DNA of 64,000 bases. It comes from Burkholderiales bacterium (GTDB lineage Bacteria; Pseudomonadota; Gammaproteobacteria; Burkholderiales; Eutrophovitaceae). Below the pieces are notes generated by a model. It ran no database searches and was not told the DNA's origin. It saw only the letters and a list, made by a program, of their open reading frames with translations. Of the stretch, positions 8,989-19,638 are shown piece after piece; the stretch's first letter is position 1, and every line of letters starts with the position of its first letter. A program made the translations under genes and the position numbers. The stretch lies in the NCBI GenBank assembly GCA_035651315.1, contig DASRFY010000063.1:1009-65008 (forward strand), written 5' to 3'.

Positions 8989-10542
8989 ATGACGCCGCTC
9001 GCCACCCTCGTCGAGGTCTCGCGACGCGTCGCGGAGACCTCGAGCCGTCTCGCCAAGATCGATGCGCTGGCGGCGTGCCTGCGCGCGCTGGCGCCGGACG
9101 AGATCGCAATCGCGGTGCCGTTTCTGTCCGGAGAAACGCGCCAAGGCAGGCTCGGGATCGGGGACGCCGCGTTGCAGGAAGCGCGCACCGGCGCGGCTTC
9201 GCAGCCGATGCTCACGCTCGCGGAAACGGATTCCGTGCTGGGGCACGTGGCTGCCGTCAGCGGCAAGGGCGCAGTAGCCGAACGCGGCAGGCTGCTCGGC
9301 GAGCTGTTCCGTCGCGCGACGCCAGCCGAGCAGGACTTTCTGCTGCGGCTTCTGGTGGGCGAGCTGCGCCAGGGCGCGCTGGAAGGAGTGATGCTCGAAG
9401 CGGTTGCGCGGGCGGCGGCGGTGCCGATCGCCGAAGTGCGACGCGCGGCGATGCTGGCCGGCGACATCGCGCAGGTCGCCCGCGCGGCATTTGCCGGCGG
9501 CCTGCGGGCGGTGCGCGGCTTTTCCCTGCGCGTGCTGCAGCCCGTGCAGCCGATGCTGGCGCAGACCGCGGAAGACGTCGGCGACGCGCTGACGCGGCTC
9601 GGCGCCGCGGCGTTCGAATGGAAACTCGACGGCGCGCGAGTCCAGGTGCACAAGGCGGGCGACGAAGTGCGCGTCTTCACCCGCAGCCTCAACGACGTCA
9701 CCGCCGCCGTGCCGGAAGTGGTCGAGGCGGTGCGCAGCGCGGCCGCACGCGACCTCGTCCTCGACGGGGAGACGATCGCGCTCGCGCCGGGCGGCGCGCC
9801 GCAGCCGTTTCAGGTCACCATGCGCCGCTTCGGACGCAGACTCGACGTCGACGCGATGCGGCAGACGCTTCCGCTGTCGGTGTTCTTCTTCGACTGCCTG
9901 CACCGGGACGGCGAAGCGCTTGCCGATCATCCGGCGCAGGAACGCTTCGGGGCGCTGGGCGAGGTCGTGCCGCGCGCGCTGCTGGTTCCGCGGCTGCTGA
10001 CCCGGGACCCTGCCGGCGCGCAAGCTTTTTTCGAGCAGGCGCTGCAGCACGGCCACGAGGGCGTGATGGCGAAGGCGCTCGATGCGCCCTACGAGGCGGG
10101 CAGCCGCGGCGCGAGCTGGCTGAAGATCAAGCGTGCGCACACCCTGGACCTCGTGGTGCTGGCGGCAGAGTGGGGACACGGACGGCGCAGAGGATGGTTG
10201 TCGAACCTGCACCTCGGCGCGCGCGATTCGTCCTCCGGAGGCTTCGTCATGCTCGGCAAGACCTTCAAGGGCCTGACCGACGAGACGCTGCAATGGCAGA
10301 CGCGCGAGCTGCTGGCGCGGGAAATCGGGCGCGACGCCTACACGGTGCACGTGCGCCCGGAGCTCGTCGTCGAGATCGCGTTCAACGAATTGCAGGCGAG
10401 CCCGCATTATCCGGGCGGCCTGGCGTTGCGCTTTGCGCGCGTCAAGGGCTACCGGCCCGACAAGAAGCCGGAGGAAGCCGACACGATCGACACCGTGCGC
10501 GCGATCTACGGAGCGCAGATCGAGCGGGCGCGGGGTCCCTGA
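8989..10542 (+). CDS. ATP-dependent DNA ligase (LigB/Lig1-like, with N-terminal DNA-binding domain)
   Basis: Motif I 'EWKLDGARV', 'EGVMAK', 'WLKIK', and an OB-fold tail. 517 aa. Confidence 0.9.
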   Translation: MTPLATLVEVSRRVAETSSRLAKIDALAACLRALAPDEIAIAVPFLSGETRQGRLGIGDAALQEARTGAASQPMLTLAETDSVLGHVAAVSGKGAVAERGRLLGELFRRATPAEQDFLLRLLVGELRQGALEGVMLEAVARAAAVPIAEVRRAAMLAGDIAQVARAAFAGGLRAVRGFSLRVLQPVQPMLAQTAEDVGDALTRLGAAAFEWKLDGARVQVHKAGDEVRVFTRSLNDVTAAVPEVVEAVRSAAARDLVLDGETIALAPGGAPQPFQVTMRRFGRRLDVDAMRQTLPLSVFFFDCLHRDGEALADHPAQERFGALGEVVPRALLVPRLLTRDPAGAQAFFEQALQHGHEGVMAKALDAPYEAGSRGASWLKIKRAHTLDLVVLAAEWGHGRRRGWLSNLHLGARDSSSGGFVMLGKTFKGLTDETLQWQTRELLAREIGRDAYTVHVRPELVVEIAFNELQASPHYPGGLALRFARVKGYRPDKKPEEADTIDTVRAIYGAQIERARGP

Positions 10543-10606
10543 TCGGCGCCGTCCTTGCGCTCGACGCCGCCGAGGAGGAACTCGCCGTGGCGTTGCCCCT
10601 GAGAAG

Positions 10607-10640
10607 AAAAAAACGGGAACGCCGCGTGGCGTCCCCTTTT
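10607..10640. terminator. bidirectional intrinsic terminator between convergent genes
   Basis: A7-GGGAACGCC-gcgt-GGCGTCCCC-TTTT hairpin between the ligase (+) and the Cys-rich peptide gene (-). Confidence 0.55.
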
Positions 10641-10656
10641 GCGCTGCGACCGGCGA

Positions 10657-10908
10657 TCAGCCGCGGCCGAGCCTGTCGACGCAGGCCTTCTCGGTCATCT
10701 TCACGAAGCCCTGGCCCTTGCAGGTGTTGTGGCCCTTGCATGAGTTCATGGATGTCTTGCACTCGGCCTGGCCCTTGCAGGCGTTCGCCCCGTAACACTT
10801 CACCATCACTTCTTCCGCCGAGGTGGTGCTCACCGTTCCCACCGCGAACAGCGTCGCGGCCGCAGTGGCGAGCGCCACGCCGATCAGTTTGCGCCGATTC
10901 AGTTCCAT
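10657..10908 (-). CDS. secreted six-Cys peptide, BufA2/bufferin-like RiPP precursor candidate
   Basis: Strong RBS AAGGAGAG and a Sec signal ending TSA-EE. The core is 'KCYGANACKGQAECKTSMNSCKGHNTCKGQGF...KAC' with a repeated N-x-C-K-G motif. Confidence 0.75.
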   Translation of the reverse strand: MELNRRKLIGVALATAAATLFAVGTVSTTSAEEVMVKCYGANACKGQAECKTSMNSCKGHNTCKGQGFVKMTEKACVDRLGRG

Positions 10909-11112
10909 CTCCAGCTCTCCTTGTTGTCGCGATTGATCACAGGGCGGAGGTCCGGTCCCGAATTCACCGATCGGTACCGTGGTCCGCCCGTCATTCGCGG
11001 CGGTTCGACGCGCCGCGCGAACCCCGCCGCCGGGTGAGGTCCCCGGCTGCGGCGTTCGTCGCTAGATACGCGCGAGCCTTACGGGTGGATGCGCCGGCGC
11101 CGCGGCTGCGGT

Positions 11113-12069
11113 TTACTCCAATCCCAGGAGACGGGCGGGATTGCGGCGCATCATCCGGTCCAGCTCGGCATCGCCGATGCCTTCCTGCTTGAGCCCCTGC
11201 ACCAGCAGCAGGTAGCCGTCGGGATGCGTCGGGTTGCCGGTCTGGCCGAGGTCGGTGGCGAGCACCATGTGCTCGGCGCCGACCTCCCGGATCGCCCGCG
11301 CCATGTCCTTGATCGAGACGCGATGCCAGGGGCGCATCCAGGGCAGGTGCGCCTCCGGCCCCATCAGATGATTGATGAAATCGAGCTCGAGATAGCCGCC
11401 CAGCCTTGCCACCTCCTTCATCTGCCCGGTCGACATGTTCGGCACCTGCGCCATGGCGTGCGTGACCAGCATGTTCTTCACGCCCAGCTCGGCGCCGCGC
11501 CGGATTACCGCGAGGCATTCGTCGGCGGCGAGGTGGCCGGTCTCCAGCACCAGATTCTCGCGCGCCACGATCTTGAGCACCGCCTCGGTCTCCGGCGTCA
11601 CCTTGCCGTCGACCGCCGCGCGGATGCCGCTGCCCGGCTCGTGGAAGGTCTTCATGTGGTTGTCCGCGTCGATGGTGGGCAGCCACACGACTTTCCCGTA
11701 GCGGCCGGACATGCGCGCCATCCGTTCCACGGCCGCCGGGTTGATTCCGCCCACCGCCTGGTTCAGCACGATGCCGCCGAATACCTCGATGCCGGGCACG
11801 ACTTCGCGCACGAGCGCGGCGCGATCGGCGGTGCCGGTGACGTGGTTCTTGAGCACGATCGCGCGCAGCCCCATCCGCTTGGCGAGCGTGGCGGCCTCGA
11901 TGTCCGTCACGCTGCGGCCGAAGACGTCCGGCGCCGAATGGACGTGGAAGTCGATGGCGCCTTCGATCGGGCTCTTGACCGGCGGCGGCGGCGGAAACAC
12001 CCGCAGGTCCTGCGCGCCGGCAAGCGGCGCCATCGCGAGCAGCAAGACGAGCAGCCTTCCGATCCTCAT
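11113..12069 (-). CDS. exported amidohydrolase-fold (DUF6282-like) TIM-barrel protein
   Basis: Signal peptide 'LLVLLLAMAPLAGAQD', metal motif 'IDFHVHSAPD', 'MGLRAIVLKNH'. RBS GGGGAGGAA. Confidence 0.75.
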   Translation of the reverse strand: MRIGRLLVLLLAMAPLAGAQDLRVFPPPPPVKSPIEGAIDFHVHSAPDVFGRSVTDIEAATLAKRMGLRAIVLKNHVTGTADRAALVREVVPGIEVFGGIVLNQAVGGINPAAVERMARMSGRYGKVVWLPTIDADNHMKTFHEPGSGIRAAVDGKVTPETEAVLKIVARENLVLETGHLAADECLAVIRRGAELGVKNMLVTHAMAQVPNMSTGQMKEVARLGGYLELDFINHLMGPEAHLPWMRPWHRVSIKDMARAIREVGAEHMVLATDLGQTGNPTHPDGYLLLVQGLKQEGIGDAELDRMMRRNPARLLGLE

Positions 12070-12129
12070 GTCGTTTCCTCCCCTGTTGCGATGTTTTCCG
12101 GCGCCGGTCGATATCCCGGCCGCCGCGCC

Positions 12130-12426
12130 TCAGATCAGCCGCTCGCGGTCGAAGAACGCCTTGCGCCAGCGGGTGACGGTGACCTGCTCGAACAATCCCG
12201 CCTTGGTGAACGGGTCCTCGGCGACGAAGCGCTCGGCTTGCGCGCGGTCGTCGGTGTCCACCAGCAGAATCCCGCCGTGGCCGCCGCTGCCGTCGTCGTC
12301 GATCAGCGCGCCGGCGGCGAGCAGCAGGTGCTTGTTCGCGGTCAGGTAGTCGATGTGCGCCTGGCGGTTGGCGGCGCGGATCGCGCCCGCGCCCGGCTTG
12401 TCGCGGGTCTGGATGGCGTAGGGCAT
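12130..12426 (-). CDS. YciI family protein
   Basis: 98 aa with 'HIDYL...DPF..AGLF' YciI pattern. RBS GGAGGAGGAAAG. Confidence 0.85.
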   Translation of the reverse strand: MPYAIQTRDKPGAGAIRAANRQAHIDYLTANKHLLLAAGALIDDDGSGGHGGILLVDTDDRAQAERFVAEDPFTKAGLFEQVTVTRWRKAFFDRERLI

Positions 12427-12535
12427 CGTGGCTTTCCTCCTCCGTGCCGCGGATGATAGCCGAGCGGAGGCGTGCCTTGGCGCGCCGCTTCGCGCATAAT
12501 TGCGCGCTTTCCGATTTCCGGCGACCAGGACTCCA

Positions 12536-14197
<1,662 letters not shown>

Positions 14198-14277
14198 ACT
14201 GCGCGGGGCGCCCGGGCGTCCGCGCCCTCTGCAATATCGCTGTCATGTTGGCGTGGTCTCATGCGCGCCAGCATGAC

Positions 14278-14772
14278 ATGGCGAATTCCCGTCTGGACCT
14301 GAGCGACAACCCCGGGGCCCGGGTGAACCGCTACCGGTCCATCTGGATCTCCGACATCCACCTGGGCACGCCCGGCTGCCAGGCCGCATTCCCCCTCGAC
14401 TTTCTCCGCCACAACGAGTCGGACCACCTCTATCTCGTCGGCGACGTCATCGACGGCTGGCAACTGAAGCGCCGCTGGTACTGGACGCAGGCGCACAACG
14501 ACGTGGTGCAGAAGGTCCTGCGCAAGGCGCGCAAGGGCACCCGGGTCACCTACATCGCCGGCAACCACGACGAGGCACTGCGCCAGTTCATCCACAAGCC
14601 CCAGATCAAGACCATCGACGGGGTGGTCTACTGCAACGACGGCGACTGGGTGGAAAGCCTCTCGGCGCTGGTGGAAACTTTCGAGGGCGAACTCAGGATC
14701 GTGCAGTGGCGCCGGCAGCTTCGCGCGCCCGCCGCGCAACGCGTCGAGCTCGAAGAAGAGGCGCATACATGA
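14278..14772 (+). pseudogene. LpxH-like (UDP-2,3-diacylglucosamine diphosphatase family) metallophosphoesterase with apparent in-frame internal deletion
   Basis: Motifs 'SDIHLG', 'GDVIDG' and 'GNHDE' are present. The sequence then jumps directly to 'IHKPQIKTIDGVVYCNDGDWVES'. The HGD motif and the GH of the GHxH motif are missing. The product is 164 aa versus the ~270 aa expected. Confidence 0.6.
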
Positions 14773-15767
14773 AGGTCATGATCGTCACCGACGCCTGGTC
14801 GCCGCAGGTCAACGGCGTGGTCACCACGCTGGGCAAGATCGGCGACGGGCTGCGCGATCTGGGGCACGAAGCGCGCTTCCTGACGCCGCAAGGGTTCAGG
14901 TCGATTCCCTGCCCGACCTACCCGGAGATCCGCCTGAGCCTGCTGCCCTTCGCCGGCGTCAGCCAGGAGATCGAGGCCTTCGCGCCCGACGCCGTTCACA
15001 TCGCCACCGAGGGCCCGCTCGGCATGGCGGCGCGTCGCTACTGCCTGGCGCGCAAACTCGCCTTCACCACCGCTTTCCATACGCGCTTTGCCGAGTACGT
15101 CCATGCCCGCATCCGCATCCCGGTCGATTGGACGTACCGATGGCTGCGCGGCTTTCACGCGCCGTCGCGCGCGGTGATGGTGCCCACGCCCAGCGTCCGG
15201 CGCGACCTTCAGGCGCGCGGCTTTGCCAATACCGTGGACTGGACCCGGGGCGTGGACACCGAGACGTTCTGCCCGGGCGAGCGCGACCACCTGACCGACA
15301 CCCCTCCGATCTTTCTCTATGTCGGCCGCGTCGCGGTGGAAAAGAACCTCGAGGCCTTCCTCGAGCTCGATCTGCCCGGGTCGAAGTGGGTGGTCGGCGA
15401 AGGGCCGCTCCGCGCCGCGCTCGAGCGCAAATACCCCGGCGTGCGCTTCGAAGGCATCAAGACGCCCGCCGAGCTCGCGCGCTACTACCGCGCCGCGGAC
15501 GTGTTCGTGTTTCCAAGCCTGACCGACACGTTCGGCCTAGTCATGCTCGAAGCGCTGGCCTGCGGCACGCCGGTTGCGGCCTTCCCGGTTCCCGGCCCGC
15601 TCGATGTTATCGGCGACAGCGGCGCCGGCGTACTCCACGAGGATCTGGCCTTCGCCTGCCTCGGCGCGCTGAACATCTCCCGCGACAAAGCCCGACGTTA
15701 TGCGGAGCAATTCTCCTGGTGCGCATCGGTGGAGCAGTTCGTCCGCAACCTGACGCCCATCCGCTGA
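14769..15767 (+). CDS. glycosyltransferase family 4 (GT-B, GT1-type)
   Basis: 'MKVMIVTDAWSPQVNGVV' start and an 'E..G....EA.A.G.PV' C-terminal motif. ATGA overlap with the upstream stop. Confidence 0.85.
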   Translation: MKVMIVTDAWSPQVNGVVTTLGKIGDGLRDLGHEARFLTPQGFRSIPCPTYPEIRLSLLPFAGVSQEIEAFAPDAVHIATEGPLGMAARRYCLARKLAFTTAFHTRFAEYVHARIRIPVDWTYRWLRGFHAPSRAVMVPTPSVRRDLQARGFANTVDWTRGVDTETFCPGERDHLTDTPPIFLYVGRVAVEKNLEAFLELDLPGSKWVVGEGPLRAALERKYPGVRFEGIKTPAELARYYRAADVFVFPSLTDTFGLVMLEALACGTPVAAFPVPGPLDVIGDSGAGVLHEDLAFACLGALNISRDKARRYAEQFSWCASVEQFVRNLTPIR

Positions 15768-15770
15768 GCG

Positions 15771-16121
15771 CTACAACAGCCGGAACAGCCGGTGCCGGCG
15801 GTTGCGGGTATAGGGCCTGACCTGGGCCGGCCAGCGACCGGCCTCGACGGCCCGCGCCCACGCCTCGCTGAGCAGCACCTCCGCGCTCTCCAGCTCGTAG
15901 ACCGCGCTGTAACGCGGCTCGCCCTGGGCGGCGATCGTTTTCCTCTCGCCGCCGATCATCATGGTCAGCGGCTCCGCCGTGTAGCGCCGGGCCGATAGCA
16001 CGCCCGGCACCTTGAGCAGGTTCGGGATGTGCTCGCGATCGTAGACCTCGTTGAACAGCTGTTCCTTGTCGGCATCGACATCCATGCTGGCGATGAACAG
16101 GTAGCGCGCGCGGGAAGCCAT
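15771..16121 (-). CDS. hypothetical protein (small alpha/beta-barrel-like, family uncertain)
   Basis: 116-aa frame starting 2 nt after the SDR stop. Only the 3' third of track ORF 15771-16565 looks protein-like. Confidence 0.55.
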   Translation of the reverse strand: MASRARYLFIASMDVDADKEQLFNEVYDREHIPNLLKVPGVLSARRYTAEPLTMMIGGERKTIAAQGEPRYSAVYELESAEVLLSEAWARAVEAGRWPAQVRPYTRNRRHRLFRLL

Positions 16122-16123
16122 GC

Positions 16124-16882
16124 TCAGCCCCTCCCCACGAAAGGCATCTTGGTCGCCATGATGGTGAGGAACTGCATGTTCACGTCCGGCGGCAGGTTTG
16201 CCATGTGCAGCACCGCGTCGGCAACGTGCTGTACGTCCATCGTGGGCTCGACGCGGGTCGAGCCGTCCGCCTGCGGCACGCCCTTGGTCATCCTGGCCGC
16301 CATCTCGGTGAGCGCGTTGCCGATGTCGATCTGGCACACCGCGATATCGTACTTGCGCCCGTCGAGCGAGCCCGACTTGGTGAGCCCGGTGACGCCGTGC
16401 TTGGTCGAGGTGTAGGGCGCGGAATTGGGGCGCGGCGCGTGCGCCGAGATCGAGCCGTTGTTGATGATGCGCCCGCCGCGCGGGTTCTGCTCCTTCATGA
16501 TCCGGAACGCCTCCTGCATGCACAGGAACATCCCGGTCAGGTTGATGTCCACCACGTTCTTCCACTGCTCGAACGTGAGGTCCTCGAGCGGGACGCCGGG
16601 CGCATTGACGCCGGCGTTGTTGAAAAGCACGTCCAGCCGGCCGAATTGCCGCTTCGCCGCCGCGAACAGCGCCTTCACCGAATCCGGCTTGCTCACGTCG
16701 GTGGGTACCGCCAGCGCCCGCGAGCCGGCCGCGCCCGCGTCCTTCGCCGTCTGTTCCAGCGCGTCCTTACGCCGGCCCGCTAGCGCGACGCGATAGCCGT
16801 CCTTGAGCAGCGCCAGCGCCACGGCCTTGCCGATGCCGCTGCCCGCGCCGGTGACGATGGCGACTTTGTCGTGCGAATTCAT
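16124..16882 (-). CDS. SDR family oxidoreductase
   Basis: '[14 protein letters not shown]' Rossmann motif and 'NNAG'. ATG 16882 follows GGGAGA. Confidence 0.9.
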   Translation of the reverse strand: MNSHDKVAIVTGAGSGIGKAVALALLKDGYRVALAGRRKDALEQTAKDAGAAGSRALAVPTDVSKPDSVKALFAAAKRQFGRLDVLFNNAGVNAPGVPLEDLTFEQWKNVVDINLTGMFLCMQEAFRIMKEQNPRGGRIINNGSISAHAPRPNSAPYTSTKHGVTGLTKSGSLDGRKYDIAVCQIDIGNALTEMAARMTKGVPQADGSTRVEPTMDVQHVADAVLHMANLPPDVNMQFLTIMATKMPFVGRG

Positions 16883-17002
16883 TGTGCGGTCTCCCGTAGA
16901 TGCAGTTGACGTTGCGGTACGTTGCATGGATGATGCGCCGCGCTCGACCCGTTGGAGCGAATGTTAACCCACGCGAGACCTGCCTGAACCGGAGCCGCAC
17001 CG

Positions 17003-17422
17003 ATGCCGCAACTGCCGCCCTTCCACCTTGCCTTCCCCGTCACCAGCCTCGCCAAGGCGCGCGAATTCTACGGCGGGCTGCTCGGCTGCCCCGAGGGGCG
17101 TTCCTCGGAGCAGTGGGTGGATTTCAATTTCTACGGCCACCAGATCGTCGCGCACCTGTCGCCCGAAGCGGGTCACCGCGACACGAATCGGGTGGACGGG
17201 GACAACGTGCCGGTGCGCCACTTCGGCGTCGTGCTGCCGATGGCGCAGTGGAAGAGCCTCGCGAACCGGCTCGCGCACGCGGGCGTGCGCTTCATCATCC
17301 AGCCCCACGTGCGCTTCCGGGGGCAGGCTGGCGAGCAGGCCACGATGTTCCTTCTCGACCCCTGCGGCAACGCGCTCGAGTTCAAGGCCTTCGAGGATCC
17401 CGGGCGGTTGTTCGCGAAATAG
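17003..17422 (+). CDS. VOC family protein (glyoxalase/bleomycin resistance/dioxygenase fold)
   Basis: 'FHLAFPV..L..A..FY...LG' N-terminus. 139 aa. Confidence 0.85.
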   Translation: MPQLPPFHLAFPVTSLAKAREFYGGLLGCPEGRSSEQWVDFNFYGHQIVAHLSPEAGHRDTNRVDGDNVPVRHFGVVLPMAQWKSLANRLAHAGVRFIIQPHVRFRGQAGEQATMFLLDPCGNALEFKAFEDPGRLFAK

Positions 17423-17460
17423 CCGCACCGGAAAAATTCTTCAGGGCGAGAACCGGGATC

Positions 17461-17534
17461 AACCACCAAGGCACCGAGACTCCAAGAAAACCGCTTGCCC
17501 CGGATTTTCTTGGTGCCTTTGTGCCTTGGTGGTT
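17461..17534. repeat. 74-nt nested palindrome (outer 14-bp stem, inner 9-12-bp stem) in convergent intergenic region
   Basis: AACCACCAAGGCAC (17461-17474) pairs with GTGCCTTGGTGGTT (17521-17534). CCAAGAAAA (17482-17490) pairs with TTTTCTTGG (17505-17513). Confidence 0.7.
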
Positions 17535-17545
17535 CACTAGGGTTT

Positions 17546-18106
17546 TTAATCCTGCTTTTTGCTTTGCCCCGGCTTGAGTTCGCCGCAATCCGAGCCCAGC
17601 CAGCTTGCGGTCATTTCGCTGCGCACCCTGAACTCCTTGCCCTGGTCGCGTCGGACCATCGTGAATTTGCCGGTGACGCGCTGGTCGCCGTCGGCGTGAA
17701 TCGAGATTTCACCGGTTCGCTTGCCGTCCTCGCAGGTGAGCGTTGCCTTCTGGTCGCGCGCGGTGCTCTGCAGGATCTTATGCTGGCACTGCTTCTGCTC
17801 GGCTTCCGACTCGGAAAACAGCGTCTGCTTCCGGATCTGCTCCTCGGTCACGCAGCTCCGGAAGACGTGCGTCACCGGTTTGCCGCTGCGCGCGGCGAGC
17901 ATTTTTTCGATCTGCGCGCGCTTCTCCGGCGGAAGCCGGCTCAAGTCGGGCATGGCCGCGACCGCGTCTCCCTGCTGCACCGAGATGGCGGTTGTTTCCC
18001 ACAATCCGGGCTTGACGTTCAGCGGCTCGCCGGCCGCGCGCCCGGCGGCACCCAGACAGACCGCAAACGCACAGATTGCCGTCCGGCGGCGGAGTTCTCT
18101 ATTCAT
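17546..18106 (-). CDS. DUF3617-like secreted/lipoprotein
   Basis: Signal peptide, a 'PGLWE' start of the mature region, and conserved Cys pairs. ATG 18106 follows CAGGAGGG. Confidence 0.7.
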   Translation of the reverse strand: MNRELRRRTAICAFAVCLGAAGRAAGEPLNVKPGLWETTAISVQQGDAVAAMPDLSRLPPEKRAQIEKMLAARSGKPVTHVFRSCVTEEQIRKQTLFSESEAEQKQCQHKILQSTARDQKATLTCEDGKRTGEISIHADGDQRVTGKFTMVRRDQGKEFRVRSEMTASWLGSDCGELKPGQSKKQD

Positions 18107-18195
18107 CGGGCCCTCCTGTTCGAAAACGATGCGAAGCCGCGGCGGCGAAACGGTCTGCGCCCGCCCGCGGCGATCGCCGTTGCCTTCCCGCGCCG

Positions 18196-19428
18196 CTAAA
18201 GGAGCTGGGCGGCGCCCTTGCCCTGCTGGATCGCTGGCACGTAGCTGTCGAGTTCCGCCAGCAGCGCCTTGTCGGTCAGATCGATGCACCTGCGCCGCTC
18301 GGCCGCGAGGTAGCTTGCCATCACCAGGCGCTGGATCTCCAGGCCGTACTCCCAGGACAGCATGGCGTCGCGCCCGGCGGCGAACGATTCCATCATGTCG
18401 CGGTTCTCGTCGGTGTAGCCGTACAGGTCCGCTTCGTTGTACTGCACCGCGAGCAGTCCGCGGCTGGCGGTGGCCTTCTCGAGCGCGCCTTCCTGGTCGG
18501 CGATCGTGTCCGCCGCCTCATCGCCGATGAACACGTTGAGCGGCGACTCCAGCGTGTCGATCTCGAAGGCGTAGCCCGGCCCCATGCCGTCCATGAACAG
18601 CCGCAGGCCCTGCTTCTCGAACATCCAGGAGTCGGTGAACTGCGCCTTCACGCGCTGCCCGATCTCGCTATTCCAGTACGTGATCATGCCGGTGGCGAAA
18701 TCTTCCGCAGGGGTGAGGGCGTAGTCCACGCCCCGCTCCTTGAGCAGCTTCACGCGCCACTTGGGCTGGCCCCACTTGAGCAGACCGATGTCCGCGGTGA
18801 CCATTCGCGGTTGCAGGTACAGCAGGTCCTTGTCGGGCGGGGTGAGTACGTAGCGCCCCACGGCGATGCTGTGGCAGCCCATGTCGAGCAGCACGCCGCC
18901 GCCCTGGCGCGTGGGGTCCCAGAACCAGGGCTCGTGCGGCCCGCCGTGCTCCTCGGCGGAGCGGGTGAGCGTGAGCGGGCCCATGGAGCGCATGACCGGC
19001 AGGAGCTGCTCGCGCTGGGTGCGGATCGCCTTCATGAAGATCTGGTTCTCGAAATAGGCGGTATGCAATCCTGCTCCGCGGGCCAGCTCGACCATCCGGC
19101 GGGCCTCCTTCATGTTGCGCGCGAGCGGCTTTTCCACGATCACGCCCCGGACGCGCGCGCCCGCGCGGCAGGCCGCCGCGATTTCCTCCATGATCTCGAC
19201 GCGCGCGTAATTGGGAGCGTAGATCGCGATCGCGTCGACCTGCTTCGCCATTTCCTCGATGGAATCGTAGATCTTCGCCTCGCCCAGGCGGTGGTTGCGG
19301 CAGTAGGCGGCGAGAGTCGCGGCGCCGCTTCTTGCGAGAATGCCGGCGATTTCCAGCCCGCGCACCTGGTGCACGGCGATTGCCTGAAAGCGGGCGACGA
19401 AGCCCGCGCCGACGAATCCGAGTTTCAT
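18196..19428 (-). CDS. Gfo/Idh/MocA family oxidoreductase
   Basis: 'MKLGFVGAGFVARF' Rossmann N-terminus. 410 aa. Confidence 0.85.
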   Translation of the reverse strand: MKLGFVGAGFVARFQAIAVHQVRGLEIAGILARSGAATLAAYCRNHRLGEAKIYDSIEEMAKQVDAIAIYAPNYARVEIMEEIAAACRAGARVRGVIVEKPLARNMKEARRMVELARGAGLHTAYFENQIFMKAIRTQREQLLPVMRSMGPLTLTRSAEEHGGPHEPWFWDPTRQGGGVLLDMGCHSIAVGRYVLTPPDKDLLYLQPRMVTADIGLLKWGQPKWRVKLLKERGVDYALTPAEDFATGMITYWNSEIGQRVKAQFTDSWMFEKQGLRLFMDGMGPGYAFEIDTLESPLNVFIGDEAADTIADQEGALEKATASRGLLAVQYNEADLYGYTDENRDMMESFAAGRDAMLSWEYGLEIQRLVMASYLAAERRRCIDLTDKALLAELDSYVPAIQQGKGAAQLL

Positions 19429-19638
19429 GACTCCTCCTGCATGGCGGACCCAACGCCGCCTCGACGCGGCGCGATTCCGCGCGACCGGGCGTCTGGTTAT
19501 CGTTTGTCCTGCCGGCCGCGCGACGTGCGGGATCGAGGAGATGATACGCGAAGCGCGGCCGCGAGGCCTGCGTGCCGCCAGGAAGGCGGATCGGGTTCCC
19601 GGCGAACTGCAGCGGAAAATTTCCGCCGCGCGACGCGT

